Positions 32,545 through 43,198 of a DNA stretch of 64,000 nucleotides are shown piece by piece. A program made the position numbers and the translations under genes. The notes under the pieces are model-generated. The model ran no database searches, was not told where the DNA came from, and saw only the letters and a list, made by a program, of their open reading frames with translations. Location of the stretch: the NCBI GenBank assembly GCA_965248695.1, contig CBDFKD010000002.1, forward strand, positions 1,536,001-1,600,000. Direction: 5' to 3'. Origin of the DNA: Acidobacteriota bacterium. Lineage in GTDB: Bacteria; Acidobacteriota; UBA890; WLXD01. Within the stretch, counting starts at the first letter, position 1. Every line of letters starts with the position of its first letter.

Positions 32545-33078
32545 TCAGCGCCGCGTTTCGGTGGGTTCAAAGTCCGGGTCGAGTGTCCAGATGATCCGCG
32601 TCCCCTGCGGTGCGGTGAATCGAAGAGCCCTCGCCGGCCGTGACGGAATCTCGCCAGGTGGCGACGCGACGAGCCGCGGCGCGGCAGGCAGCGCGGCGGT
32701 CCGTCGCATGACCGGAGAAGGGTCGACGGCTCGAGACGTATCGACTTCGGGAACCACCGCCGCCGCGACGTGCGGCGTGGGATCATCGTCCAGCGCGGAC
32801 GGCACCGAGACCGACTCGGGAAGACGTTCGGCCTCCGGTGCCGAGACCCTGGTGAGAGACAACGGCAACCAGCTGGCAAGCCACAGAGTCGCCAGCACCC
32901 CCAACGCCGCCAGACCGAACCGTGACCCGGCCAGGCCGGGTACGGGCCGCAGGGTCGCGGTCCGCATGCGAGCCTGGATACGCTGTCGCTCGATGCTCGA
33001 TAGCTCCTGACCCTGATACGGATCACCGCGCCGCAACAGCTGGCCGATCTCATCGTGCGGTTCGCGTCTGATAGTCAT
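32545..33078 (-). CDS. Putative anti-sigma membrane protein
   Basis: ATGA overlap with sigma factor stop; single TM segment; C-terminal RFTAPQGTRIIW. Confidence 0.6.
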   Translation of the reverse strand: MTIRREPHDEIGQLLRRGDPYQGQELSSIERQRIQARMRTATLRPVPGLAGSRFGLAALGVLATLWLASWLPLSLTRVSAPEAERLPESVSVPSALDDDPTPHVAAAVVPEVDTSRAVDPSPVMRRTAALPAAPRLVASPPGEIPSRPARALRFTAPQGTRIIWTLDPDFEPTETRR

Positions 33079-33629
33079 TCTCCATCCTCTCCAGTGCCCA
33101 GTATCTGGCGCAGCTGCCGACGCGCCGCACTCAGATGCCACCGCACCGTTGCCTCGCGCAGCCCGAGCAGACGACCCGTCGCCGCCGCATCGAGTCCCTC
33201 GAGCTCCCGCAACACCACGACCGCTCGACGGCGTGGGGGTAGCTGGGCCAGCGCCCAGCGCACGGTGGCACGGGCGATGGCGCGCGATTCGGGCGACGAG
33301 TCCTGCGGCGGTATGGGAATGTCGTCGCGATGGCTGCGGCGCACCCGTAGGCGACGCCATCGATCGCGGCACAGGTTGACCAGCACGCGCACCATCCAGG
33401 GCTCCGCCGCGGCCCCTGCGGGCACACGCTGCGGTGCCCGAGCGGCGCGCAGGAAGCTGTCCTGAACCAGGTCGCGTGCCTCGTCGGGATCGCCGGCCAT
33501 GCGCAACGCGATGGCATACAGCCGTTGATGGTGCAGCTCGAACAGGGTGGCAAGCCTGTCAGCCGCCGATTCGGCGGCGGCGGGCTCTGCCTCACGGGTC
33601 CGTAGCGCCAGTATCGTTTCCACACTCAT
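33075..33629 (-). CDS. ECF RNA polymerase sigma factor
   Basis: ARDLVQDSFLRA, NLCRDRWRR, LPPRRRAVVVLRELEG, TVRWHLSAARRQL. Confidence 0.92.
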   Translation of the reverse strand: MSVETILALRTREAEPAAAESAADRLATLFELHHQRLYAIALRMAGDPDEARDLVQDSFLRAARAPQRVPAGAAAEPWMVRVLVNLCRDRWRRLRVRRSHRDDIPIPPQDSSPESRAIARATVRWALAQLPPRRRAVVVLRELEGLDAAATGRLLGLREATVRWHLSAARRQLRQILGTGEDGE

Positions 33630-33729
33630 ATCGACGCGCGGCGGCCGAGAACCGTTGGGTCGAGATTGTCGGGACCCCTTCGCCAGTGGCTCGAAGGGAC
33701 CCGCCCCGGGGCCAGAGGCAGCTGATCGA

Positions 33730-34689
33730 TCACGGCATCTGGTCGGCCAGAATCGCGCTCAGCACGGTGGCGTCGATGTTGCCGCCGGACACGATCCTGC
33801 CGCTGCCCGCCCTGCCGGCGATGGCCGCTGCCACCGACGCCGCGCCGGCGCCCTCGGCGACAATGGCTCGCTGCCGCAACAGCAGGCGGATGGCGGCGGC
33901 AATTTCCTCCGGGCTGGATACAAGAGAGCCTTCGAGCATTGGCCGCGCCCGCTGCCACATTTGCTCGAACAACTGCGGTCCACCGATGCCGTCAACGAAG
34001 CTACGTCGGTGGTCGATGTCCACCGGTCGGCCGGCGGCCACCGCGGCGGCAAGCGGCGCAGCAGTGTCCACCTCAGCAGCGTAGAGCCGGGCCTGCGGGC
34101 GAATCTGGTGGAATACGCCAGCCACGCCACAGAAGAGTCCGCCGCCGCCGTACGGAATCACCACCGCGTCCACGTCGGCAAGGTCTTCGAGAACCTCCAG
34201 GGCTATGGTCGAGTTGCCGGCCATCACCGCGTCGTCGTCAAACGCGTGAACGAAGGTGCCGCGCATTCCCGGGTACTGTCGTGTAGCGAAGATCCGGAAC
34301 CAGTCCAAATACGGCACCTCCACCAACTCGGCGCCGAGCGCGCCGATGGCCGCCAGCTTCACCTCGGGCGCGCCCTCCGGTACGGCTACCGTGCACTTCA
34401 CTCCGAGATGCCGGGCGCACCAGGCCACACCCTGGGCCATGTTGCCGGCGCTCGCCGTCCACACGCCGCGCTGCATCTCCGAAGGCTCCATCGACAGCAT
34501 CGCGTTGGCGGCCCCGCGGAGCTTGAACGAGCGAATCGGCTGCAGATTCTCGAGCTTCAACCAGATCTCGGCCGACCCGACGTCAGCGTCGAGCGGTACC
34601 AGCGGCGTTCGCAACGCGATGTCACCGATGCGATCGCGGGCGGCATACGCCGCAGCCAGCTCCGAAGCTCGTGGCAGCTCGGCGGACAA
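33730..34689 (-). CDS. PLP-dependent threonine/serine dehydratase-like enzyme
   Basis: LKLENLQPIRSFKLRGA, ASAGN, PYGGGGL, SGGNID. Confidence 0.88.
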   Translation of the reverse strand: MSAELPRASELAAAYAARDRIGDIALRTPLVPLDADVGSAEIWLKLENLQPIRSFKLRGAANAMLSMEPSEMQRGVWTASAGNMAQGVAWCARHLGVKCTVAVPEGAPEVKLAAIGALGAELVEVPYLDWFRIFATRQYPGMRGTFVHAFDDDAVMAGNSTIALEVLEDLADVDAVVIPYGGGGLFCGVAGVFHQIRPQARLYAAEVDTAAPLAAAVAAGRPVDIDHRRSFVDGIGGPQLFEQMWQRARPMLEGSLVSSPEEIAAAIRLLLRQRAIVAEGAGAASVAAAIAGRAGSGRIVSGGNIDATVLSAILADQMP

Positions 34690-34717
34690 TGTCTGCGGCA
34701 GCGGATCGACCGCGACC

Positions 34718-36172
34718 TCAGCCGCCGACGATCGCCAGTGGCCGATACTGCTTCCACCGACCGCGAGTGAAATCCGGAACCGCTACCGGGGCGCTGCCGG
34801 CGGCCACCGATCGCTCGCTGACCTCGGATATGGCGCTCCAGGCAACTGAGTCGTACACGTCGATGTCGTACGCGATCCCCTCGCGCAAGCACTGGATCAG
34901 CCGCCAGTCCTCGACGAAATCCATGCCGCCGTGGCCGGCACCGCTGGAGTCCTCACTCAGGCGGCGCCACAGTGGATGCTCGAACTCCTCGTAGTACGCC
35001 TCGGCGTTCTCCCAAGAGTGTCCGTCCGAGCGCCCCTCGATATGCACCCGATCGGGGTAACCCTGAAAGATCCCGCGCGTGCCCTGCAGCATGTTGATGC
35101 GACTGTAGGGCCGCGGCAGGTTGGTATCGTGCACGACTTTGATCGTCTTGCCGTTGGCTGTCTTGATCAGGCTGGTGTTGACGTCACCCAGCGTGAAGGT
35201 CTCGTCGCGCTTGGTGTGGCCGGGCTCGTAGTGCTCGCGAGCCCAATCCTGTAGGCCCCTCGACGGGCCGCTCATCGAGACCAGGTAGTCGAATCGGTCG
35301 CCCCGGTTGATGTTCATGCACTGCGCCACCGGTCCGAGCCCATGCGTCGGATAGAGGTTGCCGTCTCGGATCATCGCGTGGGCTCGACGCCACATTCCCT
35401 CGCCCTCGTCAGCGAACTTGATTTCACGCAAGTCGTGCAGGTAGCCACACTCGGCATGCAGGATCTCGCCAAGCAGTCCCTGTCGCACGAGGTTGAGAAC
35501 CATCATCTCGACGCGGCCGTAGCAGACGTTCTCCATCATGATGCAGTGGCGTGCATGCCGCTCGGCGGACTCGACCAGCCGCCAGCAATCCTCCACCGTG
35601 ACCGCGATCGGCACCTCGGAGGCAGCGTGCTTGCCGGCCTCCATCGCCGCCAGGCATACGGGAACGTGCCAACGCCACGGCGTTGCCGTGTAGACGAGGT
35701 CGAGCTCGGCGTCGTCGCATAGCCGACGGAAGTCCTCTTCGCCGCGCATGTACAGCGCCGGCCTCGGGTGTCCGGCGGCCTCGACGAGCTTGGCCGCACG
35801 TTCGGCGTTCGATTCGTCTATGTCACAAATGGCGGCAACCCGACAGCCATCGACGCGCGTCAGGTTGCGGACGTGCGCGGTCCCCATGCCGCCGACACCG
35901 ACAAACCCGATACGCACCTCTTCGATCGGCGCCGCCGACGGTCGATCGGCAGGGGCCGGACCCATCGTCGCCCCGTGGTCCACGACTTCCGCACCGGACC
36001 AGGTCGGGATCTGATAGGTCTTGGTACTGATCTGTGCATGCGCCGAGTTGGGCAGCGCAGTGCCGCCGACGAGCGCCGCACCCATTCCGGCAACGCCCAT
36101 CCTGATAGCGTCGCGGCGGCTAACGGCGGGCTGCTCGGAGTCGTTGTGCTTCGTGTCGTGCTGATCGTTCAT
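34718..36172 (-). CDS. Tat-exported GH109 / Gfo-Idh-MocA alpha-N-acetylgalactosaminidase
   Basis: SRRDAI signal, GVGGMG, ATPWRWH, MENVCY, GNLYPTHGLGP, GHGGMD. Confidence 0.9.
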   Translation of the reverse strand: MNDQHDTKHNDSEQPAVSRRDAIRMGVAGMGAALVGGTALPNSAHAQISTKTYQIPTWSGAEVVDHGATMGPAPADRPSAAPIEEVRIGFVGVGGMGTAHVRNLTRVDGCRVAAICDIDESNAERAAKLVEAAGHPRPALYMRGEEDFRRLCDDAELDLVYTATPWRWHVPVCLAAMEAGKHAASEVPIAVTVEDCWRLVESAERHARHCIMMENVCYGRVEMMVLNLVRQGLLGEILHAECGYLHDLREIKFADEGEGMWRRAHAMIRDGNLYPTHGLGPVAQCMNINRGDRFDYLVSMSGPSRGLQDWAREHYEPGHTKRDETFTLGDVNTSLIKTANGKTIKVVHDTNLPRPYSRINMLQGTRGIFQGYPDRVHIEGRSDGHSWENAEAYYEEFEHPLWRRLSEDSSGAGHGGMDFVEDWRLIQCLREGIAYDIDVYDSVAWSAISEVSERSVAAGSAPVAVPDFTRGRWKQYRPLAIVGG

Positions 36173-36328
36173 GGCTTCGTCCGGGCAGGTTCGCTGAACG
36201 GATGCCGGCAGCATAGCAACTTGGCGGCCGGTAGTCTCCGGACGAACTTCGCGCGGCGTATGGTTTCCAGCCAGCACCCCGCTCCGGGCCACAGATACGA
36301 CAGCAACCTGACAGGAGATTCATCGCGG

Positions 36329-37099
36329 TTGCGACACGCGCAGCGGACCCGCGTATTCATCGGCGACGTGCACGGCTGCGCCGACGAGCTGCAGGATCTA
36401 CTGGAGGCGTTGCACTACGATCCAGCCGAGCACGCCCTTCACTTCGTGGGCGATCTCGTCAACCGTGGGCCAGGATCGTTGCGGACGCTCCGCGACGTGA
36501 TCCGGCTCGACGCCGACTGCGTGCTCGGAAATCATGAGTTGCACCTGCTGGCACGGGCGGCCGGCCACCGGCCTGCGGCTCCCCGAGATACGCTGGACGA
36601 GATCCTCGCGGCGCCCGACCGTGAGGTGTTGCTGGAGTGGGTGCGCTCGCAGCCGGTGCTGCGATTGTGGCCCGACGTCGTTCTCGTACATGCCGGGGTG
36701 CCGGCAACGTGGACGGATCTCGAGGCGGAGGCGGCCCGGGTCAATGCGCTCGTGCAGGCGAACCCTCTCTCGGAGCATACCGATATCAGCTTTCTGGTCG
36801 CGGTCCGCACCTGTGACCCCGACGGACGGATGGTGCGCGGCGCTTGCGACACCGAACCGCCGTCGTCGGGCGCCCCGGACACCGCCCCGCGGGGGCCTGC
36901 CGGAGTTCCCTGGTACGACGCGTACCGTAGAGACCGCACGGTGGTGTTCGGACACTGGGCGGAGCGTGGACTGGTGAACGCTGAACACCTGCGTGGACTC
37001 GACACTGCCTGCGTATGGGGCGGCCGCCTCACTGCCTGGATCGCCGAAGAGGACGAGTTTGTCTCGGTAGCGGCAAGAAAGCAGTATCAGAGGTCATGA
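36329..37099 (+). CDS. apaH: Symmetrical bis(5'-nucleosyl)-tetraphosphatase-like metallophosphoesterase
   Basis: GDVHGC, GDLVNRGP, LGNHE, VHAG, FGHWA, LDTACVWGG; start uncertain (TTG 36329). Confidence 0.78.
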   Translation: MRHAQRTRVFIGDVHGCADELQDLLEALHYDPAEHALHFVGDLVNRGPGSLRTLRDVIRLDADCVLGNHELHLLARAAGHRPAAPRDTLDEILAAPDREVLLEWVRSQPVLRLWPDVVLVHAGVPATWTDLEAEAARVNALVQANPLSEHTDISFLVAVRTCDPDGRMVRGACDTEPPSSGAPDTAPRGPAGVPWYDAYRRDRTVVFGHWAERGLVNAEHLRGLDTACVWGGRLTAWIAEEDEFVSVAARKQYQRS

Positions 37100-38043
37100 G
37101 CAGCACCGAGCTCGAACAAGGGATCGTACCCACACCGGACGGTGCCGGCCTCTGCGCTTATCGCCTAGGCTCCGGCGAGCAGTCGGTGGTCATTCCAAAC
37201 GCTATCTACCTGCTCGAGCACTTCGCCTATCTCGCCCGCGACCATACGGTGGTGGCCTACGACCTGCGCAATCGCGGCCGCTCGGCACCCGTCCGTGATC
37301 GAGCATTGCTACATCGGGGCATTCATCACGACGTCGAGGATATCGAGACGGTTCGCCAGTTCTTCGATCTCGAGCGCCCACATCTGATCGGCCACTCCTA
37401 TCTCGGCCTGGTCGTCATCCTGTACGCCATCTCCAATCCGCAGCACTGCGGACGCATCGTCCAGATCGGAGCACCAAGCCCCGAGCCCGGCACGAGCTAT
37501 CCGCCCGAGTGGAGCGCTCCCGACTTGGAAGCAATCGCCAGCTCCGAGGCCGCACTCGAGCTGCAAGAGCTCCGCGCAGCGGGCATGCCAGCCAGCGATC
37601 CGCAGGGATTCTGTGAGCGCTGGTGGGACTTCATGCGCCGGGTATACGTTGCCGTTCCGGGCTCCGAGGCGGCCCTGGGAACCCACCACTGCGCTTTCGA
37701 GAACGAGTGGCCGGTGAACCTCGAGGCGCACATGTCGGAGAACATCTTGCCGAGCATCTCGCGTCTCGAGCTGCGCCAGGACGATCTCGACCAGGTCCAG
37801 GTGCCGGTGCTGACCGTGCATGGTCGGCGCGACCGTAACTCCCCGTACGGGGCCGGGCGCGATTGGGCTACGCGGCTCAGCGATGCGCGGCTGCTGACCG
37901 TAGACGAGGCTGCTCACCTGCCGTTTCTGGAACGTCCGGACCTCGTCAGCCCCGCCGTGCGCCAGTTCCTCGCGGGCACGTGGCCAGCCGAGGCCGAGGA
38001 ACTCGAGAGGTCGGATGAGCCCGACGCGGGAGCCCGGAAATGA
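37096..38043 (+). CDS. Alpha/beta hydrolase
   Basis: YDLRNRGRS, GHSYLG, HGRRD, AAHLP. Confidence 0.85.
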   Translation: MSSTELEQGIVPTPDGAGLCAYRLGSGEQSVVIPNAIYLLEHFAYLARDHTVVAYDLRNRGRSAPVRDRALLHRGIHHDVEDIETVRQFFDLERPHLIGHSYLGLVVILYAISNPQHCGRIVQIGAPSPEPGTSYPPEWSAPDLEAIASSEAALELQELRAAGMPASDPQGFCERWWDFMRRVYVAVPGSEAALGTHHCAFENEWPVNLEAHMSENILPSISRLELRQDDLDQVQVPVLTVHGRRDRNSPYGAGRDWATRLSDARLLTVDEAAHLPFLERPDLVSPAVRQFLAGTWPAEAEELERSDEPDAGARK

Positions 38044-38552
38044 AGGCAGCTGCCGCAGCGCGCCGGGTGGTCGACATCGACTGGCAGTCGTGGAACCCGG
38101 TCGACCGCGCCACGTTGCTTTTCGTTGTCAGCGACGACCGTATCCTGCTGATTCGCAAGAAGCGGGGGCTCGGCGCCGGCAAGATCAACGGGCCGGGTGG
38201 CCGCCTCGAGTCAGGCGAGACGTGGCGACAAGCCGCGATTCGTGAGGTGACCGAAGAGGTGTGCGTGGTGCCGGAGGGCGTCTGCGAGGCTGGCGAGCTG
38301 CGATTTCAGTTCGTCGACGGCTACTCGATCCAGGTGCGTGTGTACCGTGCCGACCGTTATGCCGGTGATCCGCAGGAAACCGACGAGGCGACGCCGCTGT
38401 GGTTCGCGGTCGACTCCATCCCTTACGCCGAGATGTGGGAGGACGACGCGTTGTGGTTGCCGTTGCTGCTGCAGCAGACGCGTTTCAGTGGGCGGTTCGT
38501 GTTCGCCGGCGACGCGCTGATTGATCATCACCTGGAAACGATCGAGGAGTAA
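38040..38552 (+). CDS. NUDIX hydrolase (8-oxo-dGTPase/MTH1-like)
   Basis: KKRGLGAGKINGPGGRLESGE...AAIREVTEE; MWEDD. Confidence 0.88.
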   Translation: MKAAAAARRVVDIDWQSWNPVDRATLLFVVSDDRILLIRKKRGLGAGKINGPGGRLESGETWRQAAIREVTEEVCVVPEGVCEAGELRFQFVDGYSIQVRVYRADRYAGDPQETDEATPLWFAVDSIPYAEMWEDDALWLPLLLQQTRFSGRFVFAGDALIDHHLETIEE

Positions 38553-38554
38553 TC

Positions 38555-39301
38555 ATGGACTGGCTGGCCGACCCGAACGTGCTGATCTCGCTGGTGACGC
38601 TGATCGTGCTGGAGATCGTGCTGGGCGTGGACAACATCATCTTCATAGCCATCCTGACGGCGAAGCTACCGGAATCGAAGCGCCCGACGGCGCGCACTCT
38701 GGGCCTCGGAGCCGCGATGGTGATGCGCGTCGCCCTGCTGTTCGCCATCACCTCGATCATGCGCCTGACGACACCGCTACTGGTGGTTCTCGGGCACGGC
38801 ATCAGCGGGCGCGACCTGATCCTGATCGGCGGTGGCCTGTTCCTTCTCGCCAAGGCGACCTTCGAGATCCACGACAAGCTGGAAGGACGAGAGGGGCATG
38901 CGGAGCCCGGCGCCGGCGTCAGCTTCATGGCGGTGATCGCGCAGATCATGGTGCTCGATATCGTGTTCTCGCTGGATTCGGTCATCACGGCAGTCGGGAT
39001 GGCCGACGAGATCTGGGTGATGGTGGTGGCCGTGATCGTTGCCGTCGGCGTCATGATGGCAACCTCGGGCCGGATCGCAGACTTCGTCGAGCGCCACCCG
39101 ACGGTGAAGATGCTGGCGCTCGCTTTCCTGCTACTGATCGGGATGTCGCTAGTGGCCGAGGGGCTCGGTCAACATATCCCCAAGGGGCACATCTACTTCG
39201 CGATGGGATTCTCGATCTTCGTCGAGATGCTCAACCTCCGACGCAGCGCCCGGACTGCGCCCCCGATCCAGCTTCGCCGACGCTACTCAGACAGAGACTA
39301 G
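38555..39301 (+). CDS. TerC family membrane protein
   Basis: LEIVLGVDNIIFI, DIVFSLDSVITAVG. Confidence 0.93.
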   Translation: MDWLADPNVLISLVTLIVLEIVLGVDNIIFIAILTAKLPESKRPTARTLGLGAAMVMRVALLFAITSIMRLTTPLLVVLGHGISGRDLILIGGGLFLLAKATFEIHDKLEGREGHAEPGAGVSFMAVIAQIMVLDIVFSLDSVITAVGMADEIWVMVVAVIVAVGVMMATSGRIADFVERHPTVKMLALAFLLLIGMSLVAEGLGQHIPKGHIYFAMGFSIFVEMLNLRRSARTAPPIQLRRRYSDRD

Positions 39302-39318
39302 CGCCGGCAAGAGGGCCG

Positions 39319-39807
39319 CTAGTTGCGGCCACGCCGCGGCCAGAACCCGGCATGGATCCGTAGTCCGTCGTCCTCCATGACCGGTCCGACGACCTCGATC
39401 GTCCACCCGGCAGCCTTCCCGACCTTGCGCAACGACAACCCACGGTAGGGCTCGCCGATGACCTCGGTCATGGCCGCCGCGCCGACGCCGTAAACGACGC
39501 GCGGGATCGCCGCCCAGTAGATCGCCCCGGCACACATCAGACAGGGCTCCGTACTGGTGTAGAGGGTGGTTTCGACTAACTGATCGGATCCAAAAGAGCC
39601 CCAGGCGCTGCGGATAAGCTCGAGCTCGGCGTGGCGTGTGCCGTCGTTGCCGGTGTTGACGGCATTGCGGGCCTCGAGAACGACCTCATCGGCACGAACC
39701 AGCAACGCCCCGAACGGGTGGTCCCCCGCCTCTGCGGCCTCCTCTGCAAGCTCGTAGCAGCGCTGTACGAAAGCTCCGTCGCGCAGCGTCGCCGTCGGAT
39801 CGTTCAT
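39319..39807 (-). CDS. Nucleoside/nucleotide deaminase
   Basis: HPFGA, HAE, EPCLMC. Confidence 0.88.
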   Translation of the reverse strand: MNDPTATLRDGAFVQRCYELAEEAAEAGDHPFGALLVRADEVVLEARNAVNTGNDGTRHAELELIRSAWGSFGSDQLVETTLYTSTEPCLMCAGAIYWAAIPRVVYGVGAAAMTEVIGEPYRGLSLRKVGKAAGWTIEVVGPVMEDDGLRIHAGFWPRRGRN

Positions 39808-39847
39808 ACCCAAGCCGCGGCGCGGTTTCTAGATACGCTTCGGAGCA

Positions 39848-42067
39848 TTACGCGCCGCGCACATAGACGACCGCTTGCTCTTCGACGCGATTGCCGCTCG
39901 TCGTGTCGATGATTCGCGACCACAGGCGCGCTGCGCCGGGACGCACGATCGCCGGCACCCGGGCGCGGATGAGAATGCTCGTAGCGTCGGTCGTCTGGTC
40001 ATAGGTACTGCCGAGAACGGCGACGTCGCGCAGTGGGTACACGTCGCCCTCGAGATTGTCCTCTTCGATCTCGATGACCACACCCGCCAGGACCTGGTCG
40101 GTAGCCGGGTCGCGAGCTACGTGGAACGCGGTAACAAGCAACAGGAAGGACTCTCCGAGAACGAGCTCGGGGGCCGCCACCGGGACCAACCGACGACCGG
40201 CGAAATTGAACGGGTCGAAGCCCGGATCGAGCTCGGGCAACGGCGGTGCGTTGGAATCTGACACCACGAGTGGCCGTACCAGGGTCAGCTCGTCGCTGCC
40301 CTCGGGGGCATAGAAGCGACGCGTCGTGCTGCTCAGCCGCCCCACCTCGGTCTCGCGCAGCAGCACTCGCAGCCGTCGATCTCCCGGAGGGACATCGACG
40401 AAGTCCGCGTAGCGAAAATCCTGCCCCACCAGCGGGCCTCGAGCGCGCATTCCGGCCACATCGACCGCAACACGGCGCCGGAAAGAGTCGTAGGCGGAAC
40501 CTTCCTCGTCGAGCGCAAAAGCGCCGATCTCGAGCTGCAGATTGTCGTCGCCGCGCTCCGTGGCCAGGCGATCGAGCTCTTCGCCGCTGATCTGCAGGAC
40601 CAGCGCCGCGCGGCTGCTATCGGTATCGGTCGGGAACGCCACTACCTGGGCGCGGAAATCGATCTCACGCCGATCCACATCATCGTTCATGAACTCGGCG
40701 AGCTGTAGCTGCCGTTGCATCTCGTTCATGTCCCGGTACTCGGGAGGAGGCGCCAGCCGAGTCGGGGCAGACACCACCCGAGCTCCCGACGGTACGACCT
40801 CGATCCTTATGTCGACCACGTCCGGGTCGGTGGACTCCTTGCGATACGCGAGCATGTAGAAGGCGGCGGTCTGGCTCTCGATCTCTGCCAGCGCCACCGA
40901 CAGGTCGTTCATATTCCAGTTCGCGCTGCCGTCTGTGCCCTCGGCAAGCACGTTCAGCGACTGGTGACCCGTGCGCAGCGAGGCCAGCGCGGAGGCGCCG
41001 TTCGTCGTAACAGCGCTCCCCAAGCGCGACGCGTCGTGAACCCCGGAATCGCGTAACCCGGAAGGATCCACCGCATGGATCACCGCATCGGCGCCACGGA
41101 ACTGTTCGATCAGCTCGGTCATGTTCTTACGGATCTCGGAGCTGCCGTAGAGCGCCTCGGGATCATCGGCAGCAAACCCCATCGGACTCGCCGCGCGCGC
41201 CTCGGAAGCAGCGCCGAGCTGACCCAGGGTCTGGCCGGTAATGGCACGATCGTCGAAACCGCGCGAGAACAGCACGACGTGCTTGCGGCCCTCGATCGCC
41301 TGCATCATCTCGCCGAAGCTACGCATCTGTGCCGTGTAGTTCGACACCGTCGCGACATACTCCCGGTACTCCATCGCGTCGAGCTGCTCGAGCGCCCCGC
41401 CGCCGCCAGCCGGGCCTACTGCGAGCTCTGCAAGCGCCTGGGTGATCGCCTCTTCGTTGGGTATCCTGCCCGTGGTCTGGTCGGTGGCGCTGGCAAGACC
41501 CAACGTGCCGATGGCCCGGCGCGCCTGCCCGTGGTTGCTCGTGAACGGGCTCAGCAGCTGGATACCGAACCGCGTCGCCGTAGCGACTGCCAGGAGGTCC
41601 TCCCCATGCACCTGCTCGGTGACAAAGGCGAGCGCCGCGCGCCGCGCCTCGAGGATGCCGCGCCGAGTAGTGAAGTTGAGGTCGAAGAAGATCAGGAAGT
41701 GGCGTCGCGCTGCCACGGGTCGTGGCGTATCGCGTCGGGCCGGCGCTGCGCGCGCCCCGCTGTCAACGAAGGCAATGCCGGCGGTGGCCGTGTCGGGACG
41801 AAGATCCACCTCGTAGGCGACCTCCACTGGCCGCAGATCGCCGTCTACGTAGAGACGGAAATCATCGGCGCCGAGGCCCGCTGCGAAGGTGCCGTCGTCG
41901 CCCTCGACGCTGACCTGCAACTGCACCAGCTCGACCGTGGTGGAGAACTGCGGACGCTGCTGCGCGGCGCCGGCAACTACGGCGGGGACAACGAGTAAGG
42001 CCATCGCCACGACGGACGGTCTGACGACTCGCCCGAGGTGCGAGACAGAAAGTCGTTTGCGACGCAC
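39848..42067 (-). CDS. VWA domain protein (acidobacterial type)
   Basis: FSTTVELVQL, FLIFFD, GRKHVVLFSRG, LAEGTDG, FYMLAY. Confidence 0.8.
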   Translation of the reverse strand: MRRKRLSVSHLGRVVRPSVVAMALLVVPAVVAGAAQQRPQFSTTVELVQLQVSVEGDDGTFAAGLGADDFRLYVDGDLRPVEVAYEVDLRPDTATAGIAFVDSGARAAPARRDTPRPVAARRHFLIFFDLNFTTRRGILEARRAALAFVTEQVHGEDLLAVATATRFGIQLLSPFTSNHGQARRAIGTLGLASATDQTTGRIPNEEAITQALAELAVGPAGGGGALEQLDAMEYREYVATVSNYTAQMRSFGEMMQAIEGRKHVVLFSRGFDDRAITGQTLGQLGAASEARAASPMGFAADDPEALYGSSEIRKNMTELIEQFRGADAVIHAVDPSGLRDSGVHDASRLGSAVTTNGASALASLRTGHQSLNVLAEGTDGSANWNMNDLSVALAEIESQTAAFYMLAYRKESTDPDVVDIRIEVVPSGARVVSAPTRLAPPPEYRDMNEMQRQLQLAEFMNDDVDRREIDFRAQVVAFPTDTDSSRAALVLQISGEELDRLATERGDDNLQLEIGAFALDEEGSAYDSFRRRVAVDVAGMRARGPLVGQDFRYADFVDVPPGDRRLRVLLRETEVGRLSSTTRRFYAPEGSDELTLVRPLVVSDSNAPPLPELDPGFDPFNFAGRRLVPVAAPELVLGESFLLLVTAFHVARDPATDQVLAGVVIEIEEDNLEGDVYPLRDVAVLGSTYDQTTDATSILIRARVPAIVRPGAARLWSRIIDTTSGNRVEEQAVVYVRGA

Positions 42068-42141
42068 CGCAGCCTCCTGACCCGTGCGGACGAGGGGGAG
42101 GGCGGCCGTCGGCCGCCGTGTTTCATATTAGACGGGCGCGA

Positions 42142-42606
42142 CTAGCGGCGCCTGCCCGAAAGCCGGTGGTCGACCGACAGGCGCCCCGGCCCCAGGATGA
42201 CCACGCTGCCCATGATGATCAGGAACAGCAGGGCCCTCTCGGGATCGCCCGACGCCTGAAGCTCTTCCGCCGTGGGCGACGCAATTCCGAGCCAACCCGC
42301 GAAATGCATCATCGAGCGATGACGTAGGAAGGCCGCGGTGAACATGGCCGTTGCCGCCATCGAGGCGCTCAGACGCGTATACAACCCCAAGGCAACGCAC
42401 AGTCCGCCAACGAACTCGGTCAATCCGAGAGCCCAGGCAAACGCCACCGGCAGTGGAAACCCCAGGCCGCTGACCATGCTGACGAGCCAATCTGCCTGCC
42501 CGGTGATCAGCGCGTAGAACTTGGTCCAGCCGTGCGCGAATGCGAGCAACAGGCCAGCGGCTCGAAGCAACAGCACGGCGTAGTCTGACGGTCGTGTGCG
42601 CTCCAT
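42142..42606 (-). CDS. DoxX family protein
   Basis: LLLR..HGWTK, EFVGG, GLYTR, GPGRLSVD. Confidence 0.88.
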   Translation of the reverse strand: MERTRPSDYAVLLLRAAGLLLAFAHGWTKFYALITGQADWLVSMVSGLGFPLPVAFAWALGLTEFVGGLCVALGLYTRLSASMAATAMFTAAFLRHRSMMHFAGWLGIASPTAEELQASGDPERALLFLIIMGSVVILGPGRLSVDHRLSGRRR

Positions 42607-42648
42607 GGGCTCTATGGTAGCGTAGCGGCTGCACCTCGGAGGTTACTC

Positions 42649-42912
42649 ATGATCGACCAGGAACTGCTCGATATCCTGGCCTGTCCGGAAGACAAGACGC
42701 CGCTGCGACTCGCAGAAGAGAACGAGCTGGCGAGACTCAACGAACAGGTTGCCGCAGGTACATTGACGAATCGTGGCGGCGAGGTTGTGGCGGAGGCTTT
42801 GCAGGCGGGCCTGATCCGCGAGGACGGTCGCTACCTGTACGCCATCCGCGACGACATCCCGATCATGCTCATCGACGAGGCGATCCCGCTATCGCCATCC
42901 AGCGACGGATAG
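42649..42912 (+). CDS. Trm112 family protein
   Basis: LLDILACPEDK...YAIRDDIPIMLIDEA. Confidence 0.88.
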   Translation: MIDQELLDILACPEDKTPLRLAEENELARLNEQVAAGTLTNRGGEVVAEALQAGLIREDGRYLYAIRDDIPIMLIDEAIPLSPSSDG

Positions 42913-42916
42913 GCCG

Positions 42917-43198
42917 ATGGAAACTGGTTCTTTGCAGGAGCTGCATCCGCTGGAGATCCGCGAGCTGCGCTTCAAGCTGCAGCAGCAGGTGTCCAGCCTC
43001 GAGGAGGACGCCGATAGCAGCGCCCTCGAACAACAGATCACGGACCTTCAGGAAGTCTGTCCGCACGCCCATCCGGAGGAGTCCGAAGAGAAGGGATGGC
43101 GCTGCCGTGATTGCGACTTGAGCCGGCCACCGGAGCCGGCCGCCGAACCCGAAGTGGCGGAGGCGGAAGAGGCCAAGCCAGCTCCCGCCTCGGCCTGA
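42917..43198 (+). CDS. Small hypothetical protein, possible Zn ribbon
   Basis: Coiled coil followed by CPH...CRDC. Confidence 0.55.
   Translation: METGSLQELHPLEIRELRFKLQQQVSSLEEDADSSALEQQITDLQEVCPHAHPEESEEKGWRCRDCDLSRPPEPAAEPEVAEAEEAKPAPASA

Noticed and set aside
31671-33053. Single 460-aa ORF from the ORF track
   Set aside because: The N-terminal part is an off-frame read of the anti-sigma gene; an RBS supports the start at 32504
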